NCBI RefSeq assembly: GCF_008000775.2
Contig: NZ_CP042905.2
Span: forward strand, 600,001-632,000
From: Promethearchaeum syntrophicum
GTDB taxonomy: Archaea; Asgardarchaeota; Lokiarchaeia; Sigyniarchaeales; Promethearchaeaceae
Direction: 5' to 3'
Length of the DNA stretch: 32,000 nt
The translations under genes and the position numbers were made by a program. This document shows positions 9,579-18,742 of this stretch, piece by piece. The notes beneath the pieces were generated by a model. It was not told where the DNA came from. It did no database searches and was given only the letters and a program-made list of their open reading frames with translations. The stretch's first letter is position 1, and each line of letters starts with the position of its first letter.

Positions 9579-9722
9579 GTGTTTTTTTGTTTTTTTATTT
9601 AATTTTTAATGATAAAGTTTTTTTTAAAGCGAAATTTATCTTATTTAAGTAAAGTTATGAATTAAGTGAAAATTTAATTTTTAACCTTATTTGAAAATTA
9701 ATAAAAAACGGTTTGAAATAAA

Positions 9723-9974
9723 ATGGCTAACGGTACAGTTAAATGGTTTAATGGTCGTAAAGGTTTTGGTTTTATCACTCCTGCTGAAGGAGAAAAAGAC
9801 GTTTTCGTTCATTACAGTGCTATTCAAGTTGCAGAGAATGAATTTGCAACCTTAAACGAGAACGATGAAGTAGAGTACGAAGTAGTTGAGGGAGAAAAAG
9901 GCTTAGAAGCAAAGAACGTCACAATTACAAAGAAAGCACCTTATCAACCTCGAAATAGAAGAAATAACTATTAA
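9723..9974 (+). CDS. cspA: Cold-shock domain protein (CspA family)
   Basis: [34 protein letters not shown]...[24 protein letters not shown]: RNP1/RNP2 motifs. Confidence 0.95.
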   Translation: MANGTVKWFNGRKGFGFITPAEGEKDVFVHYSAIQVAENEFATLNENDEVEYEVVEGEKGLEAKNVTITKKAPYQPRNRRNNY

Positions 9975-10103
9975 GATTTAAGTATTTAGATTTAGTAATA
10001 AAATAAAATATTTATGCTGAAATTTTTGATTGAATGTATGGCATTACAATGCCCCTGAGATTTACCCTGTTGGGGTGGATTTATTTTTAGTTTTTTCCTA
10101 TAA
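9971..10103 (+). repeat. Left direct repeat flanking the defence island
   Basis: ttaagatttaagtatttag...tttatgctgaaatttttgattgaatgtatggcattacaatgcccctgagatttaccctgttggggtggatttattttt; near-identical to 22311-22433 with small insertions. Confidence 0.9.
10040..10090. terminator. Two short hairpins followed by a T-rich tract inside the left repeat
   Basis: ggcatt-ac-aatgcc (10040-10053) and accc-tgttg-gggt (10064-10076), then ggatttattttta. Confidence 0.4.
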
Positions 10104-10109
10104 TCTTAC

Positions 10110-10166
10110 TTATAATTTAAATTGAGTTGGTAGATTCTCCCAGTAGATGCCCAGAGCGACCTGTTT
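10110..10166 (-). pseudogene. Remnant of the C-terminus of a GNAT acetyltransferase gene
   Basis: Reverse strand reads KQVALGIYWENLPTQFKL*, matching the C-terminus of the intact GNAT at 22438-22980 (..KLDALGFFWENIHSQIKF*); a stop codon lies immediately upstream. Confidence 0.7.
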
Positions 10167-10202
10167 TTAATTATTGGTTATGCTACACTTTACATGTAAA
10201 CA

Positions 10203-10271
10203 GAGGTAGAGTACGAAGTCGTTGAGGGAGAGAATGGTCTTTATCAATTTTGGAATAGAAAATTTATTTAG
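10203..10271 (+). pseudogene. Fragment of a second cold-shock gene
   Basis: gaggtagagtacgaagtcgttgagggagagaatggtctt = [13 protein letters not shown], matching [13 protein letters not shown] of cspA, then diverges (YQFWNRKFI*). Confidence 0.7.
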
Positions 10272-10295
10272 GTAGAGAAAAAATTTAATAATGAG

Positions 10296-11921
10296 ATGCA
10301 ATTAAATGCACTACATTTCTCGGACTTACATTTTGGGCAATATAATTTAAAAGAAGAAGAAAAGAAGAGAGGAGATTTTGATAATTTCTTTTCCAATTTG
10401 CTACTTCAGTTGAAGAAAATTATTGTATCAGAGAAAATAAACCTAATCATCATATCTGGGGATTTTTGTTCAAGAAATCAATTTGAGGAGGATATCTTGA
10501 TTTCTTCAAACAAATATCTCGATGAATTTATAAACGTTTTCAAAGAAAAAGACATTTCAGTATTAATTTGTATAGGTAATCATGAAATTTCTCGTTCAAT
10601 GGATCATTCAAAAAGACAGAAATTATACTTTGAATTAATAAATCACATAAAAAAAGATCTAAATATCAATTTTTCAAAAAATTTTAATCGAAATATAATA
10701 TCATATAAGATTTTCAAACAACAACAAAAAATTTTCTTTAGCATGGATAGTACCTTCAGTTTGACAAAAGAAGGGGAATGGGAAAATTCAAGTTTAAATC
10801 TGAAGGATATAGATGAATTTCTTAATGAAATAAATTCCCAAATAAATCTAACAAATTATGATAAATACATTATATCTCATCATGGACTTTTAGACATGCC
10901 CAATAATCAAGATATAATCGAAGGTTTACATGCTCGAAAAATCTATTACATATTTTCAGGACACAAACATGATAAATATTACATACCTTTTCATATTCCT
11001 GGAGAAAAACTACCTATTAATAATTATATTGCTGGGTCAATTCTTCTTTCTCAAAAACGGAGAGCAGAATCAAAATCTTGGATTCCCGCAGATCTTCAAT
11101 TTAATCAATATTCTTTTGAAAAAAGTTATAGTAAAGATATTGTTAATGCTTGGTATTGGCGTTATAATTCAAATGCACGATGGGTTAAAGAAGAATTAAA
11201 AATAAATCGAGAAGATAATGGTACTAAATGCGGAATTTTTTCTCAAATGGTTCCAAATTATAAAGAATCTTTTGATTTCCTTCTTGATATTAATCAAAAA
11301 TTTGATGAAAATTCTCAATGTATTACCAGTTGGGAAGATATAAACAAAGATATTCTGAATTTTTCTCAAAAAATTCATAATAATAATAAATTAAAAAAGA
11401 TTTTATTTGATGGGAATACGCACCTCTCAATAGGGTTCTCATTCGGGTATCAATTTAGACAAACAACTGGATATAAAATTTCGTACAAAAATCAATTAAC
11501 TAATCAAACATGGAATCTTGAAGAATTGAATTTTTCGGAAATAGGTCCAGATTTGGAAATAGATGTTGATATCGGCGATGAAGATAATAAATATTCAGTT
11601 ATAATAATTAATATTGGAAGTCGTGATGTAGTAAATCCAACTAAAGAATATCTTCTGAATAAAAAAATCAAATTTGAGAAATTGTTAAGTTTCAAATATT
11701 CACCAACCCTAACTACTCAAATAATTACTCCACTAATAAATTCCATAATTGATACAATTTCAAATGAGATTTCGAATTATAAAAAATATTATTTGTTTAT
11801 TGCTGGTCCACTTGCATTTTTTGGATTGTTGGCTACAAAATTTAATATGATAACACCATTACAATTACATGAATTTAGCCGAACAGAGAAAAATTATTTT
11901 CCAAGCATGTTGTTAATTTAA
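10296..11921 (+). CDS. Metallophosphoesterase-SAVED fusion, probable CBASS effector
   Basis: Calcineurin-like motifs SDLH (D10,H12), SGD (55-56), GNHE (94-97), SHHG (H195/H196), GHKH (222-225). C-terminal SAVED-like region HLSIGFSFGYQFRQTTGYKISY...LFIAGPLAFFGLLATKFNMITPLQLHEF...YFPSMLL. Directly upstream of a CD-NTase. Confidence 0.85.
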   Translation: MQLNALHFSDLHFGQYNLKEEEKKRGDFDNFFSNLLLQLKKIIVSEKINLIIISGDFCSRNQFEEDILISSNKYLDEFINVFKEKDISVLICIGNHEISRSMDHSKRQKLYFELINHIKKDLNINFSKNFNRNIISYKIFKQQQKIFFSMDSTFSLTKEGEWENSSLNLKDIDEFLNEINSQINLTNYDKYIISHHGLLDMPNNQDIIEGLHARKIYYIFSGHKHDKYYIPFHIPGEKLPINNYIAGSILLSQKRRAESKSWIPADLQFNQYSFEKSYSKDIVNAWYWRYNSNARWVKEELKINREDNGTKCGIFSQMVPNYKESFDFLLDINQKFDENSQCITSWEDINKDILNFSQKIHNNNKLKKILFDGNTHLSIGFSFGYQFRQTTGYKISYKNQLTNQTWNLEELNFSEIGPDLEIDVDIGDEDNKYSVIIINIGSRDVVNPTKEYLLNKKIKFEKLLSFKYSPTLTTQIITPLINSIIDTISNEISNYKKYYLFIAGPLAFFGLLATKFNMITPLQLHEFSRTEKNYFPSMLLI

Positions 11922-11990
11922 ATTAATAAACCACAAAACCACATTTTTATAAATTCAAGTTTTATTTTGAATAATAAGGGGTAAAAAAAA

Positions 11991-12977
11991 ATGGCAAAAA
12001 CTGTATCTGCTGCTTTTGAAGAATTTAAAACTTTAATTGAGCCATCTCCAGAAGAAAGGAAAAAAATTATTACTCGACATGAATATATTCGCAATAATAT
12101 ATCAGAATTCATTACTCTTGATAAGAACAATAGTAGTTTTCTATCAGGTTCTTATATTAGATCTACTCAGATAACACCCGTAAATGATGTTGACATAGTA
12201 TTGGTTTTAGACAAAGATACTTATTATGATAAATATAAAACTGAAATTGTAAAACTATTAGAACATATAAAACGAATGTTGAAAAAACTTGGAAATTATC
12301 AGACAACAGAAATGCGAAAACAAACTCATTCTATTGGGATGTTGTTAAGACATGGAGCGAAAGTAGATATTGTTCCTGCATTTTTAAAGAATTCGGAAGA
12401 AAACATATATGAAATACTTGATAAGGATAAGAATTGCTATATCGAAACCGCTCCACAGAATCATAAAGAATTGATTTCAAATTATAATAAAGAAATCAAT
12501 AACTTCATTCCAGTAGTCAAAATGTTAAAAAATTGGAAAAATACTATAAATAATCAACTAATTAATGATAAGTTCAAGATAAAATCTTTTCATTTAGAAT
12601 TGTTAGCGATAAATGCAATTAATAATAGTTTCAGTGGATACCGTGATGGAATAATTCAATTTTTCCAAAATGCAGAACAATTAACCCTAAAAAAGTTAGA
12701 AGATCCATTAGGTATTAGTGGAGATATTTCTTCATATTTATCATCTGAACAAAAAAAAACTTTAAATGAAAAAATAGAAGCAATTAACGAAAAAATCAAT
12801 AAATTACGTGATTATGAATCAAAGGGAGAACATCAAAAAGCAATTTCTGGGTGGAGACAGATTCTCGGTCACCCATTCCCAGATAAAGAAAAATCAACAT
12901 CCCAGAATAATCAAACTCAAGAAAAAAGAGAGACAAAACATCCAAAACATGGGAAGAATTATATATTTGGGAAATAA
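11991..12977 (+). CDS. CD-NTase (CBASS cyclic oligonucleotide synthase, SMODS family)
   Basis: FLSGSYIRSTQITPVNDVDIVLVLD (GS...DxD, residues 53-68) plus GAKVDIVPAF third acidic residue; genomic context with Cap2/Cap3. Confidence 0.9.
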   Translation: MAKTVSAAFEEFKTLIEPSPEERKKIITRHEYIRNNISEFITLDKNNSSFLSGSYIRSTQITPVNDVDIVLVLDKDTYYDKYKTEIVKLLEHIKRMLKKLGNYQTTEMRKQTHSIGMLLRHGAKVDIVPAFLKNSEENIYEILDKDKNCYIETAPQNHKELISNYNKEINNFIPVVKMLKNWKNTINNQLINDKFKIKSFHLELLAINAINNSFSGYRDGIIQFFQNAEQLTLKKLEDPLGISGDISSYLSSEQKKTLNEKIEAINEKINKLRDYESKGEHQKAISGWRQILGHPFPDKEKSTSQNNQTQEKRETKHPKHGKNYIFGK

Positions 12978-12986
12978 AATATTAAA

Positions 12987-14792
12987 ATGAATCGAACTCA
13001 ATATTTGAAATTATTAAATAATCTATCTACATTGAAAGATGGGTATAATATTAAACAAATTTCATATGGAAAGAATAAAATAATTAGCGCTCGGTTTAGA
13101 TATGGGGAAAATGATATTAAATATGCCAAAATATTTATATCAGACGAATTTCCTCTAATTCCTCCAAAGGTATGGTTGTTTGATGATATAAGATTAGAAA
13201 AAATATCAGATTTTCAATGGACTACTCATAAGAATTCTGACGATTCAATTTGTTTATTTACTGGATCGTTAAGTGATAATAGCTGGCGTTATCAAGATTC
13301 AATTTTTAAAATCTTTTTAAAAATCGAAGCTTTTCTCACTCAATGCCTTTCCAATACGATATCAGACGATCATTCAACTATATTCTATCCTGTACCAGGA
13401 AGACCTCAAGATCCTGTAGTTTTTATGTTTTATGAGGACTTTCATGAAGCTAAGAAAAATTCTGAAAATGAATTATTTCTATATTCGTTTTTAGACAATA
13501 GACCTGCGTTTTTACTTACATTAAAAAAAAATAAAAATGATTTTGATGTGATTAAAGAAAAATATGGATGGATTATTAATCCATATTATCAAAAAGCGTA
13601 TATTGTATTTTTAAATACAAATATATTAGATTTTAGAAGAAATTTAAAAGGTGAAATTAATTTTGAGAAAATTGTATCAGAATATTTAGAAGAGAATATC
13701 AATCTCTCAAATTATGATTATTTTGCCTTTTTTTTTAAAGATAGTGTCATTTCCGATGAACTCATTATAAAAACTTCCCAATTCAATCCTCTTTTATCCT
13801 ATCTATATGATTTAAAAGGAAAGAAGTTTGAAAATATTAATAAAATTCCTCATTTTAAAATAATCGGATTTAACCCTACTTATGATCTTTATCAAAGAAC
13901 TTATGGAGTTTTAGAAAAAATGATTGATTCAATTGAAGAAAAATCTTTATTAATTATAGGACTTGGTTCTATGGGCTCAACAATTGCGCTTGAATTGGCT
14001 AAATCAGGATTCAGGAAATTTAGTTTAGTAGATCCAGATATCCTAAATCCAGTGAACGTTTGCAGACATATTGGATTTTTATCAGATATTGGGAAACACA
14101 AAGTAGAGATTGTTAGAGAACAGATTATGCAAAAAAATCCATATGCAGATGTTGTTCCCTATCCAAATGATTTATTTTTGAACAAAAACTTGCCAATCTT
14201 AGCACATCTTATCAAAGAATCCGATATAATTATTGATACGACCGCAGTTGAATCTGTTGGTATGCTGATAAATAAATTTGCATTAGAGTTAAATAAAGTA
14301 GCTATTTATTGTTATTGTTATCGTAATGCTATTCTTGGAAGAATTTTTAAAGTAATTCCAAAAAGAACTCCTTGTTATAGTTGTGTTCAACAGAGTTTAA
14401 TGAAAGACGAAGGTTATTTTTCTAGTTTGGGAAAAAATTCTTCCGAGGATGATGATTTGAATGGAAATGTATATTTCGAAGGATATTCTGAACCAGGGAT
14501 ACCTGGAATAAGTATCGATATTAATTTTGTAAATTTATTTGTATGCAAATTCATTATTGAAACGTTAAAAAAAGAATTACATCAAATTCCGATGTTAAAA
14601 GCAGATCATTATTTGTGGCAAAATTCCCCAACTAAGTATGGAAATGAGCAGGTTGGTTTTATTCCTATTGGTGACGAAATTCAAAAGGATCGAAACTGTA
14701 AGTTTTGTGGATCTTCTTTAAAATTACAGAATTCTGGAAAACATCGTAAAACCGAACAAAAGATCCAAAAACTCGAAAAAAAACTTAAATAA
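12987..14792 (+). CDS. cap2: CBASS Cap2, E2-E1 fusion
   Basis: E2 domain FPLIPPKVWL...THKNSDDSICLF (Cys89); ThiF/E1 domain LLIIGLGSMGSTIALELAKSGFRKFSLVDPDILNPVNVCRHIGFLSDIGKHKVEIVREQI, PKRTPCYSCVQ; C-terminal CKFCG. Confidence 0.9.
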   Translation: MNRTQYLKLLNNLSTLKDGYNIKQISYGKNKIISARFRYGENDIKYAKIFISDEFPLIPPKVWLFDDIRLEKISDFQWTTHKNSDDSICLFTGSLSDNSWRYQDSIFKIFLKIEAFLTQCLSNTISDDHSTIFYPVPGRPQDPVVFMFYEDFHEAKKNSENELFLYSFLDNRPAFLLTLKKNKNDFDVIKEKYGWIINPYYQKAYIVFLNTNILDFRRNLKGEINFEKIVSEYLEENINLSNYDYFAFFFKDSVISDELIIKTSQFNPLLSYLYDLKGKKFENINKIPHFKIIGFNPTYDLYQRTYGVLEKMIDSIEEKSLLIIGLGSMGSTIALELAKSGFRKFSLVDPDILNPVNVCRHIGFLSDIGKHKVEIVREQIMQKNPYADVVPYPNDLFLNKNLPILAHLIKESDIIIDTTAVESVGMLINKFALELNKVAIYCYCYRNAILGRIFKVIPKRTPCYSCVQQSLMKDEGYFSSLGKNSSEDDDLNGNVYFEGYSEPGIPGISIDINFVNLFVCKFIIETLKKELHQIPMLKADHYLWQNSPTKYGNEQVGFIPIGDEIQKDRNCKFCGSSLKLQNSGKHRKTEQKIQKLEKKLK

Positions 14793-14812
14793 TTTAATAT
14801 GGGTGCTTTGAA

Positions 14813-15271
14813 ATGAAAAGAAAGAAACTTCAATTTTCAACAGAAATTATTCATCAGCTATTTGCTGAAATAAAAAATGAAAGAGTTGAGAATTGTGGTG
14901 CTTTAATAGGAAAGCAAATAGATAGCACTTTGTTTAGAGTGACTAATTATGTTAAAGATGATAAACCAATATTTCAATCAAGATTCAACATTCAACGGAA
15001 TACGAATAATTTATATCATTTGATTAATGAAATTGTTAAAAAAAAAGAAGAAGAAGTTGATTATATAGGTGAGTGGCACTCACACCCAAATTCTTCATGT
15101 ATTTATAGTCAAATCGATTTTCTAACCATGAATATGATGATTAATGACCCTGATTACTCCTTTTTAAATGAGATCATACTATTTATTGTAGGAAAAAACC
15201 GTTGTATGAATGCTTTTCTTTTTAGTAAGTCTCGAAATCGACCTATTTCATTAAAAATAATTGTAAAATAA
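14813..15271 (+). CDS. cap3: CBASS Cap3, JAB/JAMM-family deconjugase
   Basis: GEWHSHPNSSCIYSQID: exact HxHx7Sx2D JAMM motif (H89,H91,S99,D102); NCGALIG upstream. Confidence 0.9.
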   Translation: MKRKKLQFSTEIIHQLFAEIKNERVENCGALIGKQIDSTLFRVTNYVKDDKPIFQSRFNIQRNTNNLYHLINEIVKKKEEEVDYIGEWHSHPNSSCIYSQIDFLTMNMMINDPDYSFLNEIILFIVGKNRCMNAFLFSKSRNRPISLKIIVK

Positions 15272-15352
15272 TATCAGATTTTTCAATTATGAGAAAAATT
15301 TCTTACTCTTGATTCATAGGGAAGGTAATTTTTATATTACAATGAATAAACA

Positions 15353-17260
15353 ATGAATATGAGTTTCATTCTTAAAAAGATAAAAATAGAAAATTATAGA
15401 TGTTTTAAGGAATTCGAGTTCGATTTATGTGAGTTTAATACAATTGTTGGGAAAAATGCAACAGGAAAATCTTCTTTACTCTATGCTATTAATGAAATTA
15501 ATAATGAAAAGCTTTCTAAAGAGACAATTTATAATGATTATAAAGAAAATGAAATCCAAAGAATTTCTTTCTTTTTTTCAGGAATTATAGAAAATTCCTC
15601 TATAAAAATTCGAGATCCAATTCTGATTTTAACTGACGAGGGTTATAAAATAACGTATTTCGAACTGTTTCTAAAAATATCAGAAGTTAAAATGATAAGT
15701 CCCAAAGAAAATTTTCGGTATAATGGAACAAATGAGAGTTTAAAACAAGTAAAACTACAAAATCTTTTGGAAATTAAAAATAAAAAGGAATTTATTTTTC
15801 AATCAAAAGATTGGAATCCAATTCATGAAGTTAAGTCCAAATTTAATTTTATATTGAAAAATTGGACTCTCCCAAGTCTAATTTTTTTTATTGACAGCAA
15901 AGCTATACTACAAACTCATGATTTTAGTAAAATTGAAAGCTCTTCTAATTTCAAAGAAATTCTAATTGATTTAGCCAGACCAAAGGTAATTTTCTTTAGT
16001 GAAAATATTTTGAATCAAAATATTAATTCAAGTTATAATTTTTTATCGTTTAATGAAAACTTCAACTTTACACTGAAACTTCTGAAATTAGGAGAAATTG
16101 ATCGAGAAAAGTTTCAGAAATTAAGTGAAAGTGCAAAAGAAAATATGATTGAGAACATTGAAGCAAAATTTAATGAAATTTTTCTTAATCAACCATATCC
16201 AGTATCTATGATCCAATTTTCATTTCAATTCATTAAAGATAACTTTAGTTTCAAACCTAGATTGAAGAATGGTAAAAAAATTGAATTTGAAAACCTTAGT
16301 GCAGGTCTTCGATGGTTATATACGTTTATCTTGGTTTTCTTTGATCCGTTGATTCATGATGATATAATTGAAAAATTTGATCATAGAATTATTTTGATAG
16401 ATGAACCGGGGAAAAACATCCATCCAGAGGCACAAATGGAAGTGCTAGAATATTTAAAACTCATGAATAAAAACAACCAAATAATTTATTCTACACATAT
16501 GCCCTTTTTAATTGATTATTCCAACCCAAATAGTGTTCAATGTATTTCCTATGTTCAAAATACTCAAAAGCACGAAATTTCTAATGGAAAAGCGTCGGAT
16601 TTAAAAATACGAATTGCAGATGCAATTGGATTACCTAAAGAAAGATTTCTAACATTTCCAGAAAAGATTCTCCTTGTGGAAGGTCCAAGTGATAGAGTAT
16701 TTATTGAAAGAATAAATGAGTATTTTCATGAAATAAATAACAAATTAGCACAATCATCGGAAATTGAGATTTGGTTTTACCATGGTCTTTCTGAAATTAA
16801 TCATCTTTGCAAACTTTTTGATAGTTGGAAAAGAAGGAATTTTCTTCTTCTATATGATGATGATACTGATCTATTTTCCAAAGGAAAGGTAAAAGATCCA
16901 AAAGATGAACCTGAAGTACAGAAATTTCGCCGTAATATTGTGAAATTAACACACCCCGCTATAAAAAAGAATATTGCAATAGAAGATTTTATTCCACGAA
17001 CTTTATTTAATTCAACGTTAAAAAAATGGTTAAAGAGTTATGGGTATGAGAAAGATTTTCTCAAAGATGTGCAAAACGATATTAAAGATCCACAAGTAAA
17101 TCAAAGTCAAATTATTTCCAGATTAGAAAAAGAAGAACAATTGAGTAAGTTAGAATTCATTAAACTCATATTTGAAACTGAAAATCAGAAATTATTTACT
17201 GAAAATTTGAAAATAGTATATCTATTTCAATTAATTACTGAAAAATTTAGAAAAATATAG
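15353..17260 (+). CDS. OLD-family-like AAA ATPase with C-terminal TOPRIM domain
   Basis: IENYRCFKEFEFDLCEFNTIVGKNATGKSSLL (Walker A), HRIILIDEPGKNIHPEAQ (Walker B), IIYSTHMPFLI, then KILLVEGPSDRVFIERI and FLLLYDDDTD (TOPRIM). Confidence 0.85.
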   Translation: MNMSFILKKIKIENYRCFKEFEFDLCEFNTIVGKNATGKSSLLYAINEINNEKLSKETIYNDYKENEIQRISFFFSGIIENSSIKIRDPILILTDEGYKITYFELFLKISEVKMISPKENFRYNGTNESLKQVKLQNLLEIKNKKEFIFQSKDWNPIHEVKSKFNFILKNWTLPSLIFFIDSKAILQTHDFSKIESSSNFKEILIDLARPKVIFFSENILNQNINSSYNFLSFNENFNFTLKLLKLGEIDREKFQKLSESAKENMIENIEAKFNEIFLNQPYPVSMIQFSFQFIKDNFSFKPRLKNGKKIEFENLSAGLRWLYTFILVFFDPLIHDDIIEKFDHRIILIDEPGKNIHPEAQMEVLEYLKLMNKNNQIIYSTHMPFLIDYSNPNSVQCISYVQNTQKHEISNGKASDLKIRIADAIGLPKERFLTFPEKILLVEGPSDRVFIERINEYFHEINNKLAQSSEIEIWFYHGLSEINHLCKLFDSWKRRNFLLLYDDDTDLFSKGKVKDPKDEPEVQKFRRNIVKLTHPAIKKNIAIEDFIPRTLFNSTLKKWLKSYGYEKDFLKDVQNDIKDPQVNQSQIISRLEKEEQLSKLEFIKLIFETENQKLFTENLKIVYLFQLITEKFRKI

Positions 17261-17575
17261 TTTAATGATCAGAATATATAAGAAACCAACCTTTTTTATC
17301 CATTTACTAAATTTAGTGATGAAAGTCTTTATCAATTTTATTACAGATTATATTGTTTACAAAATTAGTAAGTGAAAAATAGAATCCCAATCTTCCAAAA
17401 ATTCATTAAACAAAATTATATTTTTAATAACGATTAAATAATAATTCGGTTTCGGAATTTGGTTTCAAACTACTCATTTTTTTGAAGAAACATTAAAAAG
17501 AATTAGGTTTGAAAGAATATATTTTAGTAAAATCATAGTAATATTTTTTTATAATAAATATAACTTGTATATAAA

Positions 17576-18742
17576 ATGGATCAAAATAAAAATAGAGATG
17601 CTAATATCATTGAAGCGTTTATGTGCAAGTGTATCAAAAGTAATCCTAAAAATTATAATTTATTCTGGCTTTGTGATGATGATGGTCTTTCAGCGAAGAA
17701 TGATATTATTACAATAATAAAATCTATGCTTGGTGAAAATAATATTCTTTTTATTTCACTCAATGATATTAATTCGGATTATATTCTGCATGATAATAAT
17801 TCTCTATTTTCACTTTTTGTAAGGATTCCCCAACCTCATGAAAATCATTCACTTGAATTAAGTGGCCTTATGAAAATTATCGATAATATGAATATTAAGT
17901 TTAAATTGAATAATGGAAATTTAATTGATACAAAGATCTATTTTCAGATAACATTAATATCAGATTTTGATCCTTTCATATATATAAAGAAAAAAGACTA
18001 CAGTTGGGTAATTTCAAATATTATTTTCATCAAGATTTTTAAAAGAATGGAATTTGGCATCACAAATAAAATCATTAAAAAGGAATTAGATGGTATTTTT
18101 TCATATTTAATTAATTCAGTGTTTCATGAAGCAGATAATATTATTTCTGATCAAAAACAATTCCAGATTTTATTTTCAAACTATTTAACAGAAATTCTTC
18201 CTGATATAAATCTTGAATCTCATATTGAAAATATTAAAAACGAAATAATGAACAGAATCAACTTAAATGAAATCATTCAGAATCACCTGATGGAACGGGT
18301 ATTGAACTGTATTCTCTCTTTTTATAGTGCTCATCAAGTAGAACCATTATTTGAATCTGGAAAAAAAGTATTTGAGAAAGAATTTCACAAAAGAGTTTAC
18401 TCTCATCTCTATCCTCTCTTAGGAACAAATATTGAAAATCATAAGAAAGTGGGCAAAGGAGATATTGATTTTTTAATATATAATTATCCTCTAGATGTTA
18501 AAGTTGAAGAAAAAGATCAGAAATTGGAGGAGATATATTTAAATCATAAAGATCAAATAATCCAATATTGTTATTACCGAAAGGAAAGAGTAGGTTTTCT
18601 TTTAGTATACGAAAATACGATAAAGAAACCAAATTTTGAGAAAAAAGATTACAAGGTATTCCAAGAAGATGGAATTTATGTAATAATCATTCTTTTGCGT
18701 GGTAATTTTCCATATCCAAGTAAAATGAAATCTCAAAAATGA
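17576..18742 (+). CDS. Uncharacterised protein with predicted PD-(D/E)XK-type nuclease C-terminus
   Basis: C-terminus KEFHKRVYSHLYPLLG...GKGDIDFLIYNYPLDVKVEEK...KDQIIQYCYYRKERVGFLLVY: D...DxK spacing and downstream QxxxY-like motif. Confidence 0.55.
   Translation: MDQNKNRDANIIEAFMCKCIKSNPKNYNLFWLCDDDGLSAKNDIITIIKSMLGENNILFISLNDINSDYILHDNNSLFSLFVRIPQPHENHSLELSGLMKIIDNMNIKFKLNNGNLIDTKIYFQITLISDFDPFIYIKKKDYSWVISNIIFIKIFKRMEFGITNKIIKKELDGIFSYLINSVFHEADNIISDQKQFQILFSNYLTEILPDINLESHIENIKNEIMNRINLNEIIQNHLMERVLNCILSFYSAHQVEPLFESGKKVFEKEFHKRVYSHLYPLLGTNIENHKKVGKGDIDFLIYNYPLDVKVEEKDQKLEEIYLNHKDQIIQYCYYRKERVGFLLVYENTIKKPNFEKKDYKVFQEDGIYVIIILLRGNFPYPSKMKSQK

Noticed and set aside
11196-11378. Antisense ORFs inside the defence island (11196-11378, 11504-11695, 11918-12130, 13901-14101, 21093-21401)
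   Set aside because: Short, opposite to strongly supported domains, no motifs or start context.
15353-17260. Gabija (GajA) assignment
   Set aside because: ATPase-TOPRIM architecture fits, but no adjacent UvrD-like helicase; the neighbours are nuclease-like proteins of other types.
17261-17575. Possible regulatory or ncRNA element in the 315-bp gap before the 388-aa gene
   Set aside because: AT-rich with scattered homopolymer runs, but no convincing stem-loop or repeat found by eye.
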